Both the position numbers and the translations under genes were made by a program. DNA of 64,000 bases, from NCBI GenBank assembly GCA_023213395.1, contig CM041465.1, positions 136,779,741 through 136,843,740 of the forward strand, read 5' to 3'. Source of the DNA: Cycas panzhihuaensis. Taxonomy: Eukaryota; Plantae; Cycadophyta. The notes below the pieces were generated by a model. It worked only from the letters and a program-made list of their open reading frames with translations. It was not told the DNA's origin and searched no databases. Position 1 is the first letter of the stretch. Every line of letters begins with the position of its first letter. Below, piece by piece: positions 27,190 to 39,562 of the stretch.

Positions 27190-28012
27190 TTACAAACTTG
27201 TGGACGTACATTCAATGCCTGCATGTTGTAGAAATTTGGCACGCCATTGTTGACTTATACCTTTGCCCTCTAAAAGTACACTTGTCAAGGGGGTCTCTAT
27301 TTGGTAGTCTAGTTAGGGTTTGGTCAACATAGTCATGTTATCGCTTCTTACATAGACATCATAATAGTAAATCATTATCATAACATCATCACCATGCCAT
27401 CATATCAATCAATATATCAATATAAATTCACAATTCAATAATCATTATGTACAAGATACACAACATTTTCATGTAACTCGTTATTTCATTAAACAATATT
27501 AATATCCACTGGCTTTACATAACTTTCATGAACCATTCCATATGCGTTTTGTACAAAACATGATATATAATCTAAAATTCTCTGCTCTTACACCAAAATG
27601 GTGGTTGATTGAGCAATAAATATGCTATGTGTTCCCTTTTGAGGAACGATTGTAACTTTTGGTCACAACTGTACCTTTTTATGATAAATTTGATCTTTTC
27701 CCTTAATACACATTAGTTATGCCTCTTAACATCTTTTTTTGACTATACAACTACACAAATGTATCACTAAGGGTGACATTAGCATCTCTGGAATGTATGG
27801 TTTCAATTTGGGTGTGCATTCCATGCACTCCTCACTGTGTGTTCCATATGTGTTCTACACTATGTTTGTAGTGAGCCAAATTAAATATAATCAAGTATTC
27901 AAAATAAATAATGAAGGGTGGCATCTATTAATGATAGGTCATATTCCTTCACATGAACACTATAAAAGTGCACCCATTGTAATATTCTGGCATCATTTAT
28001 TTATCAATATTC

Positions 28013-31000
28013 TGTTAAACCTTATGTTTACATGTTAAGATAATGTACTTTTATTTTAATGTAATATGTGTACTTTTTACTTTAGGGGTGACTTATCACT
28101 TAAGTGATAAAGTGCACACCCACATTCTTTCTAGTGACACAACGTTGTCACTAAAGGGTCAAATGGACCCTTATGCATATTTGCTCACATGAGAGCCCAA
28201 AAGGACACATGTCCTACATGCAAGGCATGTATCTTGGATGTTTGACACTTGTCAAACATCCAAGGCCTTAGGTCTCTCATTTCACTCTATATAATGAGAC
28301 CTCTCCTCATTGTCTCATAAGAGAGTTGGAGTTGTATTGTTATGCTGTCAGTTTGCTAATCAAACTGTCCATACTTTGGAGGTTGGACCAATTCCAACTC
28401 CACATATTGGGTATCATTTTCTCTTGCTCCTTCATTCATGTTTTGTCTCTTTGCTTTCTCTTTACCTTGAGATTATTATACTTGTTTGTATTTCTGCAAC
28501 TGGAACTAGAGTGACCCTAGTTTCTAGATCTTGGGACTGTTGAGGCCATCTAGCTTCTTTTCACATTTGGTATCAGAGTAAGAGGAGACTAGCTCCCTCT
28601 GCTCGCTTTGCACCGCCAAGGAGATCCGAGAAAGTCTACAAACACTTGGTGACGACCTTCGACCAAGGCGATCCAAGGTTTGTTTGAAGTTTTTTTTGCA
28701 GGTTCAAGCTTTTGGAAATACATTTGCAGGCTGGAGCAAGTACATCTCAGATCTGAAACTTTTTTTCGCATAAAGGGTTCATGGTACAAAGATGATTGCT
28801 GTTACAAACAGTGATTTATTTAAAAAAAAAAATACTATTTTGTTGATAACGCAGTTCTACAATTAAAAGTTGGTTTAAGCTCAGATCTGTTGTTCTTTTA
28901 GCACTAAGAACTCATTTTCAGTGATTTCCAGTGATTTCTAGTCCCTGGTAACTGTTTTTTAATCTGTGCGTGCTGGTATCATCTGTGCATACTGGTAAAT
29001 CTGTGCATGCTTGGTAAATCTGTGCATGTTGGTAAGTCTGAACTCTGCCTAGCAAAAGTCTGAACTCTTCCTGGTAAAAGTCTGAAGTCTGCCTTGCCTT
29101 TAGTAACTCTGTGCTGCTAAATTCACAGCAGTAATGAACTCTGCCTACTAAAGTCACAGCAGTTAATGAACTCGATCGTGAATACCGTAAATCAATGTCA
29201 ATGTCAGGTCGTAAATCGCCCCTTTGATCGCTAAATACCGTAAATTTGATCTTGAATACCGATAAATCAATCTCGAATGCCGTATAGTAAATCCGCCTCC
29301 GATCAATAACACCGGTAACCGAATGTTGAATGTCGGTAAATTTGAATGTCAGGCCGTAAATCCGCCCCTCTGATTGATAAATCTGAACTGTGCTGGTATA
29401 TTCATTGCTATTATGAACTCAACTTTGTAAATCAAGACTTTGGTCATTAAATTTCATCAATTATGAACTCGCCTTTGTAACCGCACTATGTCGCTAAATT
29501 TCACCTTGTTATGAACTCGCCTTTGTAACCAGACCGTGTCTTGCTAAATTTCACCGTGTTATGAACTCAACTTTGTAAATCAGACTGTCTTGCTAAATTT
29601 CATCATTGTTATGAACTCGACTTTGTAACTGAATCAGTCCGCTAAATTCACAACATTATGAACTCACTGTAATTCACTGTAAATCGCTGGCAGCCTCTCT
29701 AACACAGTAATTCACCGTAAATCTGCATCCTCTAACTTGGTAATTCTTCCTGGTAATTCTGCCTGGTAAATCAGTGCAGTCCTCTAACCTGGTAATTCTT
29801 CCTGGTAATTCTGCCTGGTAATTCTGCCTTGGCTTGCAGTTATGAATTCTGGTTCTCTGCTTTTATGAAGTCTATGCTGCTAAATTCAAGTGAAGACATG
29901 CTGTGACTTTTATGAGTCAATTACATTGAAAGGAAGTGGCATCACACTCTGTCAACAGAGCTCTGGCATTGCCAAACTGAAAACGATCCTTTCCTGAAGG
30001 TTATCTTCCTTTTTTTCAAGAAGCAAGTTGATCATCAAAATCATTTGGAATAGCATTTTCCTTGTGAAGTGATTTTAAGTGTTTTTATATCAAAAAGTGA
30101 TACTTATCACTAATTTTTAAAACACTTTTAAGGCACCTTGCATGGTGACCTAATGCCCTTAGTCTCAAAGAGGGCTCAAATACACTTTGTACTTAATAAA
30201 AATCACTTTTCTTTTGATCGTTGGGACTAATTTAAAGTCCCAACACTTGGTGCTTGATGTCCATTTTCATGCAAGTGGTTCCCTTACCTTCATTTTTTTC
30301 AGCATTAAAAGGAACCCACTTGTATCTTCATCACAAGTTTTGCATTACTTCTTTCAGTACTTAAGCTCTTTTTTCAAAAAGTACTTTGCAAAACTTATTG
30401 TAATCAAGCATTTGGTTTCTTACTTGGATCAACATAGCACTACATTTTCATTAAAAGTGCTCATTGTAAAAACACTACAAGTGTTCATATTCATGTACTT
30501 ACATTGCTTCCTCTTGAAGCCACTCTTATTGTAAAGCTTAATCAAAGCATTTTCATAAGTACATTTTCCAAGCAAAAAGAAACCTAAGTTCACTTTAAAA
30601 CTGCTAAAAAGTGACTTAAAATGCTGGAGAGGCTCAAAAGGTTCAAACCTTGCCTCTAAATTAACCTTAAGCTTGGTGCATTCCCTAGGGGACCAACCGA
30701 TCGCATACAAGGTAACGACAATTAAGGTTGCTTGAGGGAAAGGAGGTTCAAAAGGGTGTTATTGTGGAATCCTGTGGAAAGCATGGTACGTCCATGCATC
30801 AACCCTACCGCTTTGTCCTAGATTTAACTTGGCCAACTATTGGATCTCCTCTATAAGATCAAGTTGGACCAACTCCATAGCCTAGTCCTCCACCCTCATC
30901 ATTCCATTCGCTTGTTGGATCTTCTAGTAAGATCATGATGCTGGTTTCGTTAGAAGGTGGAACTTAAGCGATGAAAGCTTTGAGTTTTCGTGTTATCTCG

Positions 31001-34000
31001 CTAGCTTCAAGCTTTTATAAACCTAAACATGGTCGCCATAAACATGCTAAATGCATGCACCATTCGATTAACAGGACAAGATAATTATCAGAATGGAAGA
31101 GACTCACTCAGAACTTGCTAATCATGAACGAATTTTGGAGTTATGTTTCTGGGAGATTACCTCGACCAGCACCTGTTACCAATGGAAATGTTACTGTGCA
31201 ACCTGATGATGCTTTACTTGCTGCTTGGGAAGCCAAAGATGAAATTGCTTTGGCATTCCTTCACATGATTGTTGATGTGCATGTAGTTTAGAATATTGCT
31301 GGTGCTAAAACTTCTGATCAAGCTCGCATTTTAATGGTCAAAGCAAAATTGTATTCTGTTAAGTTTATCAAGCCCATGTCGACTTTTCTTTCCTCCATCA
31401 AGGAGGTATGTAATGAACTGAATACACTTGGAAGTCCAGCTACAAGGGATGAATTGATCACATCCATCACCAAAGCCTTACCAAAGGACTACAATGGCTT
31501 CATTTCGTCCACTACAAGAGATGGTTCTCTCAAAACTATGACATTCAACAAATTTGAAAGTCTGCTACTTCAAGAAGAACAAATCTACACTAAAGATAAT
31601 GAGGAGGAACCATCTACATCAGTGCATTCACTACCAATTCAAAGGCTAAACAACAACCCAAAACCGCACTTTCAAAGCGGTTAGAACATGAACATTGGGT
31701 CTTCAAGGACCAATGTTGTATGTCATTATTGTGGCAAACCCGCCACATAGCACCGATTGTCGGAAAAAGCAAGCAGATCTACGCCTACAGCAGCAGCAGC
31801 CACCTCATCCGAATCAGCGACAACGGCACCACGCCAAGAAGATTAAGCAATGGTTTCAAAGAACAACAAAGAAGAATAGCAACCCCCTCGACCAAATCGA
31901 GGTGCCTATCGAGGAGGTCAAAGAGGAAAGGGGGGTTTCAGAGGTGGCAATCAACGCCACTCTAATCAGTTTGCAGATGACGACAAACTGTTTTGTGCAT
32001 ATCAGACATCCAAGGTTGATGAAACTTGGATTATTGATTTTGGAGCTTCACAACACATGACTGGAAGTGAAGAGCTCCTAACCAACATCAAGGAAGGCAA
32101 AGGTCAATCAGTGACCTTTGGGAATAATCAATCTATCAAAATTTCTGGAGTAGGCACAATAACTCCATTTTCTTCTTCATCAAATCCTTCCTCCACATTT
32201 CCCGATGGCAATGCCTATTTAATACCTTCAATGGACAAAAATTTACTATCTGTTAGCAAGTTGGACAAGCAACAAATGAGTGTATTGTTCCAAAATGGGA
32301 AATGTATAATCAGTGACAAAGAAGACCAAGTAGTAGCTGTTGGCTATGAGGATCAAGGCCTCTACAAGTTGGATGCAAATAATATAACACTTGATTCTGC
32401 TTACTTTGGTTCCATTGTCACTCCTTACTTGTCCAAGATGCAACTTTGGCATCAACGTCTAGGCCATTTGAGCTTAGACAATTTGAGGCAGATGATCAAC
32501 AAGAACATGGTACATGGGCTTCCAAAGATCTATGGAACAAAATGTCTTTGTGAAGCGTGCATTATGGGAACTCAAAGATCGCTTGCCTTTCCCTAAAGAC
32601 AAAGCGTGGCGTGCATCACATCCTCTCAGCTTGGTACATTCGGATTTGTGTGGACCTATGTCCACATCATCTTTTGGAGGAGCTTTGTATTACATCTCCT
32701 TCATTGATGACTTTTCTCACAAAGTTTGGGTCTATTTCATCAAACACAAATCTGAAGCATTTTCCAAGTTCAAAGAATTCAAACTTGAAGTGGAAAATGA
32801 GTCTGGCCATTCAATCAAAACATTAAGGACAGACAATGGGGGTGAATTTACATCAAATGAATTCACCCAATATTGCAAGGATAACGGCATTCGAAGACAA
32901 CTGACGATACCTCACACTCCTCAACAAAATGGAGTCTCCGAACGGATGAACAGAACTTTGGCCAATAAAGCCAAAGCTATGATGCATGCACAAGGACTCA
33001 CTCGAGCCATCAAGTGTAAGCATTTCACACAATCGCTTATGTGGCCAATCGCAATTCTACTACAACGCCACCAACATGACACCCGAGGAGGCATGGTCCG
33101 CAAAAGCCCATCCGTCACCATTTGAGGACTTTTGGGTGCACCGCTTATATGCACATTCCCGATCAAGAAAGGAAGAAATTAGACAAGCATAGTCCGAATG
33201 CATCTTTGTAGGTTATGCCATTCACAAAGAAAGCCTACAAGTTGTATGATCCTATAGGAAGAAAATGCATCTCTCAAGAGATGTCATCTTTGCTGAAGAA
33301 GATCACAAGGAGGTGCAAACAGCATCCATGCAACCTCTCGTTGACAAAGGCAAGAAGATTGTTGAGGCCTTCCTTCCCTCTCAATCTTCCACACCATGTT
33401 CATCATCTGCACCACCGGACCGCTCACTTCAACCGAATTTGCTCCACTTGATCCAAGCACATCTTCTGTTGACCAACCACTTACACCAGAAGATCTTGAG
33501 GTTCAAGTAACTTCAATTCAAAAGTTACCCAAATGGTACACACAAACAGTTCAGGACGGTCACATCATTGAAGGAAAACGTCCATCTAAATATCGGCAGC
33601 AAACCAATTATGCACTTATGACTGAAGTGCTTTGTGTTGATGAGCCTTCCACTTTTGAGGAGGTTTCTAAAAATGAAAATTGGAAGGCTACCATGGATGA
33701 AGAAATCCATTCTATTGAAAAGAATGGAACTTGGAATATGGTGGAATTGCCTAAACACAAACAGGTAATCAGTTGCAAATGGGTCTACAAGACCAAATTC
33801 CATTCTGATGGTTCGCTTAAAAGGCAGAAAGCACGCCTTGTCGCAAAAGGATTTAAACAAAAAGAAGGCATAGATTATGAAGAAACTTTTGCACCAGTAG
33901 CGAACATGAATACCATTAGACTTCTCTTGGCCTTAGCTGCTCAATGCAAATGGCCTGTTTACCAGATGGACGTGAAGAGCGCCTTTCTTAATGGCGATCT

Positions 34001-35721
34001 TCAGGAGGAGGTATATTTGGAGCAACCTCCCGGATACAAAGTACAAGGCAAGGAGCATTTTGTATATCGCCTAAAAAAGGCGTTATATGGCTTGAAGCAA
34101 GCTCCAAGGGCATGGTACTTGAAGATCGATGACTACTTCTTGAAACATGGGTTTCATCGATCTACTTCAGATCCTAATCTGTATATTAAACATGAAAACA
34201 ACCATGTAATTTTTGTTGCCTTGTATGTTGATGACTTAGTGATCACTGGTAGTGACACTAAGATGATTCATATTCTCCAAGATGACTTAAAGAGAAGTTT
34301 CGAGATGACAGATCTTGGACTTCTCCATTATTTTTTAGGCTTTGAGATATGGCAATGACCAAAGCTATATCTTCATCTCCCAAGCGAAATATTCTTGGAA
34401 CATTTTAGAAGCTCAGATGCACGATCGCAAATCGCTGCCTACACCTATGGAGAATGGATCCAAGCTATTTAAGGAGGAATCGCACCCAGATCCCACACTT
34501 TTCTCGGCAGCTTGATTGGGAGTCTCATTTATCTCACCAACACTGACCGGATATTTCATTTGTTGTTGGATTTGCTCACGTTACATGTCTCAACCCAATC
34601 GATACACCGAATGCATCCAAACGCATACTTAAGTACATCAAAGGCACGCTAAAGATGGCCTTGAGTATGCACATAATGAGAACTTCACTTTGGAAGGGTT
34701 CTCGATTCGATTAAGGTGTTGCCAAGATAGCAGGAGATCAACCTCGGGATAATCGCTTTTCCCTTGGTTCAAGATTGTTTCGTGGAGTTGCAAGAAGCAA
34801 CCCAATGTTACCTTGTCCTCCACCGGCAGTAGTACAAAGTCGCATACCGCAGCCTTGTGAGGCTATCTAGCTACGACAGATTCTTGGGGAACTTGGACTT
34901 GGGCAGGGTCACCCCACCAGGATACATTGCAACAATCAAAGTGTGCTCAAGTTAGCTAAGAATCCAGTCTTTCATACGCGGACAAAACACATCGAGGTTC
35001 GCCATCACTTTATCAGAGAGCATGTTCAGAATGGTAAGATCAACCTCCAAAGATGCACCTACAGAGGAGCAGACAGACATCTTTACCAAGCCTCTTGGTA
35101 GAGAAAAGTTTGTAAAATTCAGAGATGGTCTTGGTGTCCGACTTAACATTGTAAACAGTAAGGGGGGGTGTTAAACCTTATGTTTACATGTTAAGATAAT
35201 GTTCTTTTATTTTAATGTAATATGTTGACTTTTTACTTTAGGGGTGACTTATCACTTAAGTGATAAAGTGCACACCCACATTCTTTCTAGTGACACAACG
35301 TTGTCACTAAAGGGTCAAATGGACTCTTATGCATTTTTGCTCAGATGAGAGCCCAAAAGTACACATGTCCTACATGCAAGGCATGTATCTTGGATGTTTG
35401 ACACTTGTCAAACATCCAAGGCCTTAGGTCTCTCATTTCACTCTATATAATGAGACCTCTCTTCATTGTCTCATAAGAGAGTTGGAGTTGTATTGTTATG
35501 CTACCAGTTTGCTAATCAAACTGTTTATTCTTTGGAGGTTGGACCAATTCCAACTCCACATATTGGGTATCATTTTCTCTTGCTCCTTCATTCATGTTTT
35601 GTCTCTTTGCTTTCTCTTTACCTTGAGATTATTATACTTGTTTGTATTTCTGCAACTAGAACTAGAGTGATCCTAGTTTCTAGATCTAGGGACTGTTGAG
35701 GCCATATAGCCTCTTTTCACA
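28013..35721 (+). mobile_element. Full-length Ty1/copia LTR retrotransposon (7.7 kb) with a long repeat-containing 5' UTR
   Basis: 553-bp LTRs 28013-28565 and 35169-35721 (~18 differences by eye); TSD TATTC; PBS tggtatcagag; PPT aaggggggg. gag-PR-INT-RT-RH from ~31029 to 35160 (VHSDLCGP, RTDNGGEF, QMDVKSAFLNG, LYVDD) with frameshifts. Confidence 0.95.
28965..29830 (+). repeat. Compound tandem-repeat array in the copia 5' UTR
   Basis: ~20-bp ggtaaatctgtgcatg units; six ~50-bp units starting ttatgaactc at 29411, 29461, 29509, 29559, 29609 and 29656; 13-bp ctggtaattct(t/g)c units at 29735-29827. Confidence 0.85.
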
Positions 35722-35845
35722 TATTCATATCCTTTTGAATACGTGATCTCTAATCACATTTGCTCCCTATTTTTTACAAAAGCAACTGACTTGGGTCACT
35801 TCAAGTGGTATTAGACGCATTGTTTTTGCTATGTGGGGGGCACAA

Positions 35846-36408
35846 TATATATATATATACACACACGCGCGCGCGCGCGCTATTCTGTAAACAAAAACAC
35901 AAGTAATCCATTGTCAAAGAGAAACTTGGTAAATCAAGGGGTTGCAGGAACAAAAGAATTACAACAACACATATCTACACTCACTTGCCGCTGTGCGCCA
36001 TCACAATACACCTACTACCCACTACTATAAACCATAAAAAAACCCTTAAAGTGAAGAACAATCTTTGCCATTTGTTGAGTTGTAAGCATATCTGTAAGTT
36101 GAAAATAAGTAGTCACCGACTACTATAAGCTGTAAGAAAACTTGTAAAGTGAATAACAATATCCGCCATCTGTGGAGTTGTAAGCATATCCTTAAGCTGA
36201 AAATAAGTAGCCATTGATTGCTGCGATCATGTCATAACACGTAACTGAGCTGTAAGCATACATGTGAACTATAGGCATGTGCGTTGAGCTGCATATAGAC
36301 ACATTTAAATATTCGCCCTTATAAAGGATATATATATATATATATTGCCTATGTTGACGTCTTAGTGATTTACACTCACCTATAAAGAAATACATATAAA
36401 ATTGCCAG

Positions 36409-36449
<41 letters not shown>
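35846..36449. repeat. Compound microsatellites ((TA)n(CA)n(CG)n; (TA)n; (CA)n(TA)n) and a ~99-bp tandem duplication (36051 vs 36150)
   Basis: Directly visible in the sequence. Confidence 0.85.
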
Positions 36450-39400
36450 GGTGTTTGTTATATAAATAAATAAATAAAGTTATTTAAAATATAATTAAAA
36501 AAAAGAGAAGCATCCTTAAGCCATTATACACCTATCACATTCATTCTGGCCACACAGGATACATAGATTGCATCATTATAATATTCATATTATCACATTT
36601 CAATAAAGGGACCAATTGTATATTAGTGTATCAAATACTACTAAATTATACTAAAAACAAGATTGATAAATTAATTTACATTCACTAGACATCATAATAT
36701 ATTGGCGGCCATCTTGCCAAACATCATTACAATCTGTAGTTATATAATTGACCAACTGTTCTTGAACTGAATTGGGGTCTATTAGTAGCTAGATAGTGAA
36801 TAAGTCAAAATTATTCAATATATTGATTATGGAAGAAAATCAGTGGAGCCATATATATACCATTCTCGAAAAAAAAAGTACATAGAAAAGTTGCAAGAAG
36901 AAGTGGCAGGAATAGAAAAGAAAATGTTAGGCATTGAATTTGGAATACAAGAAATGAAAACAACCCTGAAAGAACTAGCTATGAAGAATAAATGTCATAT
37001 GAATAATAAAAGCAGAAACAATTTTTTTATGTCAAACACATATTTAGTAAATAATGATAATGGAGAGGCAATTATTAAATACACAGAGGAATGGAATAAT
37101 TTGCACGCATTGCTAAGAAAAGACTGGATGAAGGTCAGTTATATTATTGTAAGGTTTCATAAGTACAATAAATCTACAACTCGAATAGGAGGAAGGGAAA
37201 TTGACATCTTGCAAATTGTTGGATCAAAGGGTACTATTAACGAAGGGTTACAAAAGTTAGAAATATGTTTTTTGTTACAATCTATTAACGATGATGAGAA
37301 AAAAATATTATATGCTATTATGTATATGTCTGGAAGAGCATATGATTGGTAGTTGATGTGGATACAAGAACAAGAAAATGGAGGTCACATATCGTCATGG
37401 TAATAATCCTCAACAGTAATTGAGGGACATTTTGAGGATACATGGGACAATGATTATTTTACTCAACTAAGTAAATTACAACAAAAAGGAACAATAGATG
37501 AATATTGCCAAAATTTATTGGGTTGGTTTACAAAGCAATTGACTTACCGTTAGCTCAGAAGGTTGAACTATTCATATAAGGCTTACAACACGATATTAAC
37601 ATTGATGTCAAGACACAAAAACCTCATGATCTTAGTAAGGCCATTCATCTAGTTAGGGTTTTTGAGTCAAAACAAAAATCCTGTTATCATCCACCAATGT
37701 TTAAAATAAAGGATCCTTTAGACCAAATAATACTGTAACTAGAGGAACAATCAATGGAAAACTAATTTATACCCCAATTCAATAAATAAGGGAAATAATA
37801 ATCCACAAAACAATCCATGCAAATACTGTGAATTGATAGAAAAAGAAATGGAAGAACATTGATAGAAAGGAACTTGTTATTGGTGTAATGAAAAAAAACA
37901 AAAAAGACAGATGCCCAAAATGAAAATTATGTTCATTACTTATTGCAGATAAAGAAACAACAGATGAAATGACCGAGTCAATAGAAGAAGAGGATTGCGT
38001 AGGTGATGATCAACAATTTGAGGAATAACAAATAATGTCGTTATCAACAATGTCAAGAATCTCTAGACTTGAAACCCTTAAAATCAAAGGATTTATTAAA
38101 AAGAAAGGTTTAATCATTCTAATTGATTCAAGAAGCACCCATAATTTTATAGACCACCATTGTGCCCAAAAATTAGATCCACATGCTACAAAAATACATG
38201 TATCCCAAGTTCAAGTTAGTGGTCATTGATAAATACAAGGTGAAGGAATTTAAAAAAATTTTAAGATCTACTTGGGTGTTTATACACTAAGAGCAGATTT
38301 TTTCATTATTGAAATTGGAGGAGTGGATGTAGTATTTGGGATTCAATGGTTAAGAATGTTAGGTACCTATGAATCAAATTTACAGGAAATGTTTTAGGAG
38401 ATTCAAAGGTGGTGCTAAACTATTACACTATAAGGGATGACTATTCCTGACACTCAACAAGTACCATCTTATCAAATGAGTAAATTAATACGCAAAGGAT
38501 ATCTTGGATGTGTAATATAGTTATTCTCAATAAACATGGAAAATAATAAGCAAGAATTCATGAAGAATCAAATGCAAAGCTTGATTAATAAACACGAAAT
38601 GGTATTTCAAGAATCACCATCCACATGATCCCTTGATCGTGGTATGGAATATATAATTAAATTAGAAAAGGGTTCAACTCCTATTATAATCAAATCATAT
38701 TGACATCCTTATAAATATAATACAACCTATTATGCATTCTCTGAGAGCTTTGCTTTGGCAATTTACACTGTTTTCTAACATGCGTTTCGTTGTACATCCC
38801 TTTACTGATGTGTTATTGCATTTCTCAGGTTAGGATAAGCATGCATTTTTATGTTTCCATTGTTCAAAATTGCCTAGGTATTAGATTTTACCCTAACATC
38901 TATCCCAAGTCAACAAAAGGGGTTGAGTGTAGCAGTCCCCTTGACTCTAAAGATACTCTGGCTGACTTCTATGCCAGTTTCTAGCTGACTTTCCAAGTGG
39001 TATTATTCCCAGTATTGCCCCATTCTTGCATACTTCCATCATGACAGAGTCACTGCCTATTTAAAGAAGTTTGAGGCATCATTCGTGAGCATCTGTGTGG
39101 AAGTGTTGGCTGCCATATTTTTGGCTTTAGGGTTGCAATTGTGTTGGAGGGAACCTCGCTTTAAATAGGAAGAATTATCAGCAGAAGTAACTTTGTAAGT
39201 TGTACTTAATATTTTTCAGTATTCAACATATTTGTTCATATTTTAAAGTGGTATATTATTCATATTTGTATTCAATCTAGTAGAAAGCATATATTTTGCA
39301 TTTTTTTCCTCTGTTTTGGCTCATTTATTTCCAAAAGATCGGTTCGTGTTACTTCAAGTAGTATTAGAGCTTCATTCGAGGGTGGGAATTTGGAAGTAAG

Positions 39401-39562
39401 CCTTAAAGAATAGGCCCAACATTTCTGCTTCCCCCCCCAACTAGGATGGAACTAAGAATAGGGAAAAGTCTCCTTCTTAACAAAATGGTGAATCAGGACC
39501 AAATCTCAGCAATGAAAGACAAAATGGCTAAACTTCTAGACAAAATGGATCAATGGTTGAAT

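Larger units (their letters stand above)
27651..38720 (+). mobile_element. Old truncated Ty3/gypsy: 5' LTR split by the 28013 copia, PBS at ~35806, long UTR, gag (~36843-37900) and protease (~38035-38400)
   Basis: LTR end CACTTCA plus AGTGGTATTAGA at 35797-35815; gag motif AIMYMSGRAYDW; aspartic protease IILIDSRSTHNFID; cut off before RT. LTR start is tentative. Confidence 0.65.

Noticed and set aside
28566-28580. TGGTATCAGAG motifs as tRNA genes
   Set aside because: They are 11-12 nt primer-binding sites, not cloverleaf tRNAs.
29411-29680. ~50-bp periodic array resembling CRISPR repeat-spacer structure
   Set aside because: The linkers are homologous to each other rather than unique spacers, there are no cas genes, and it lies in a plant retrotransposon UTR.
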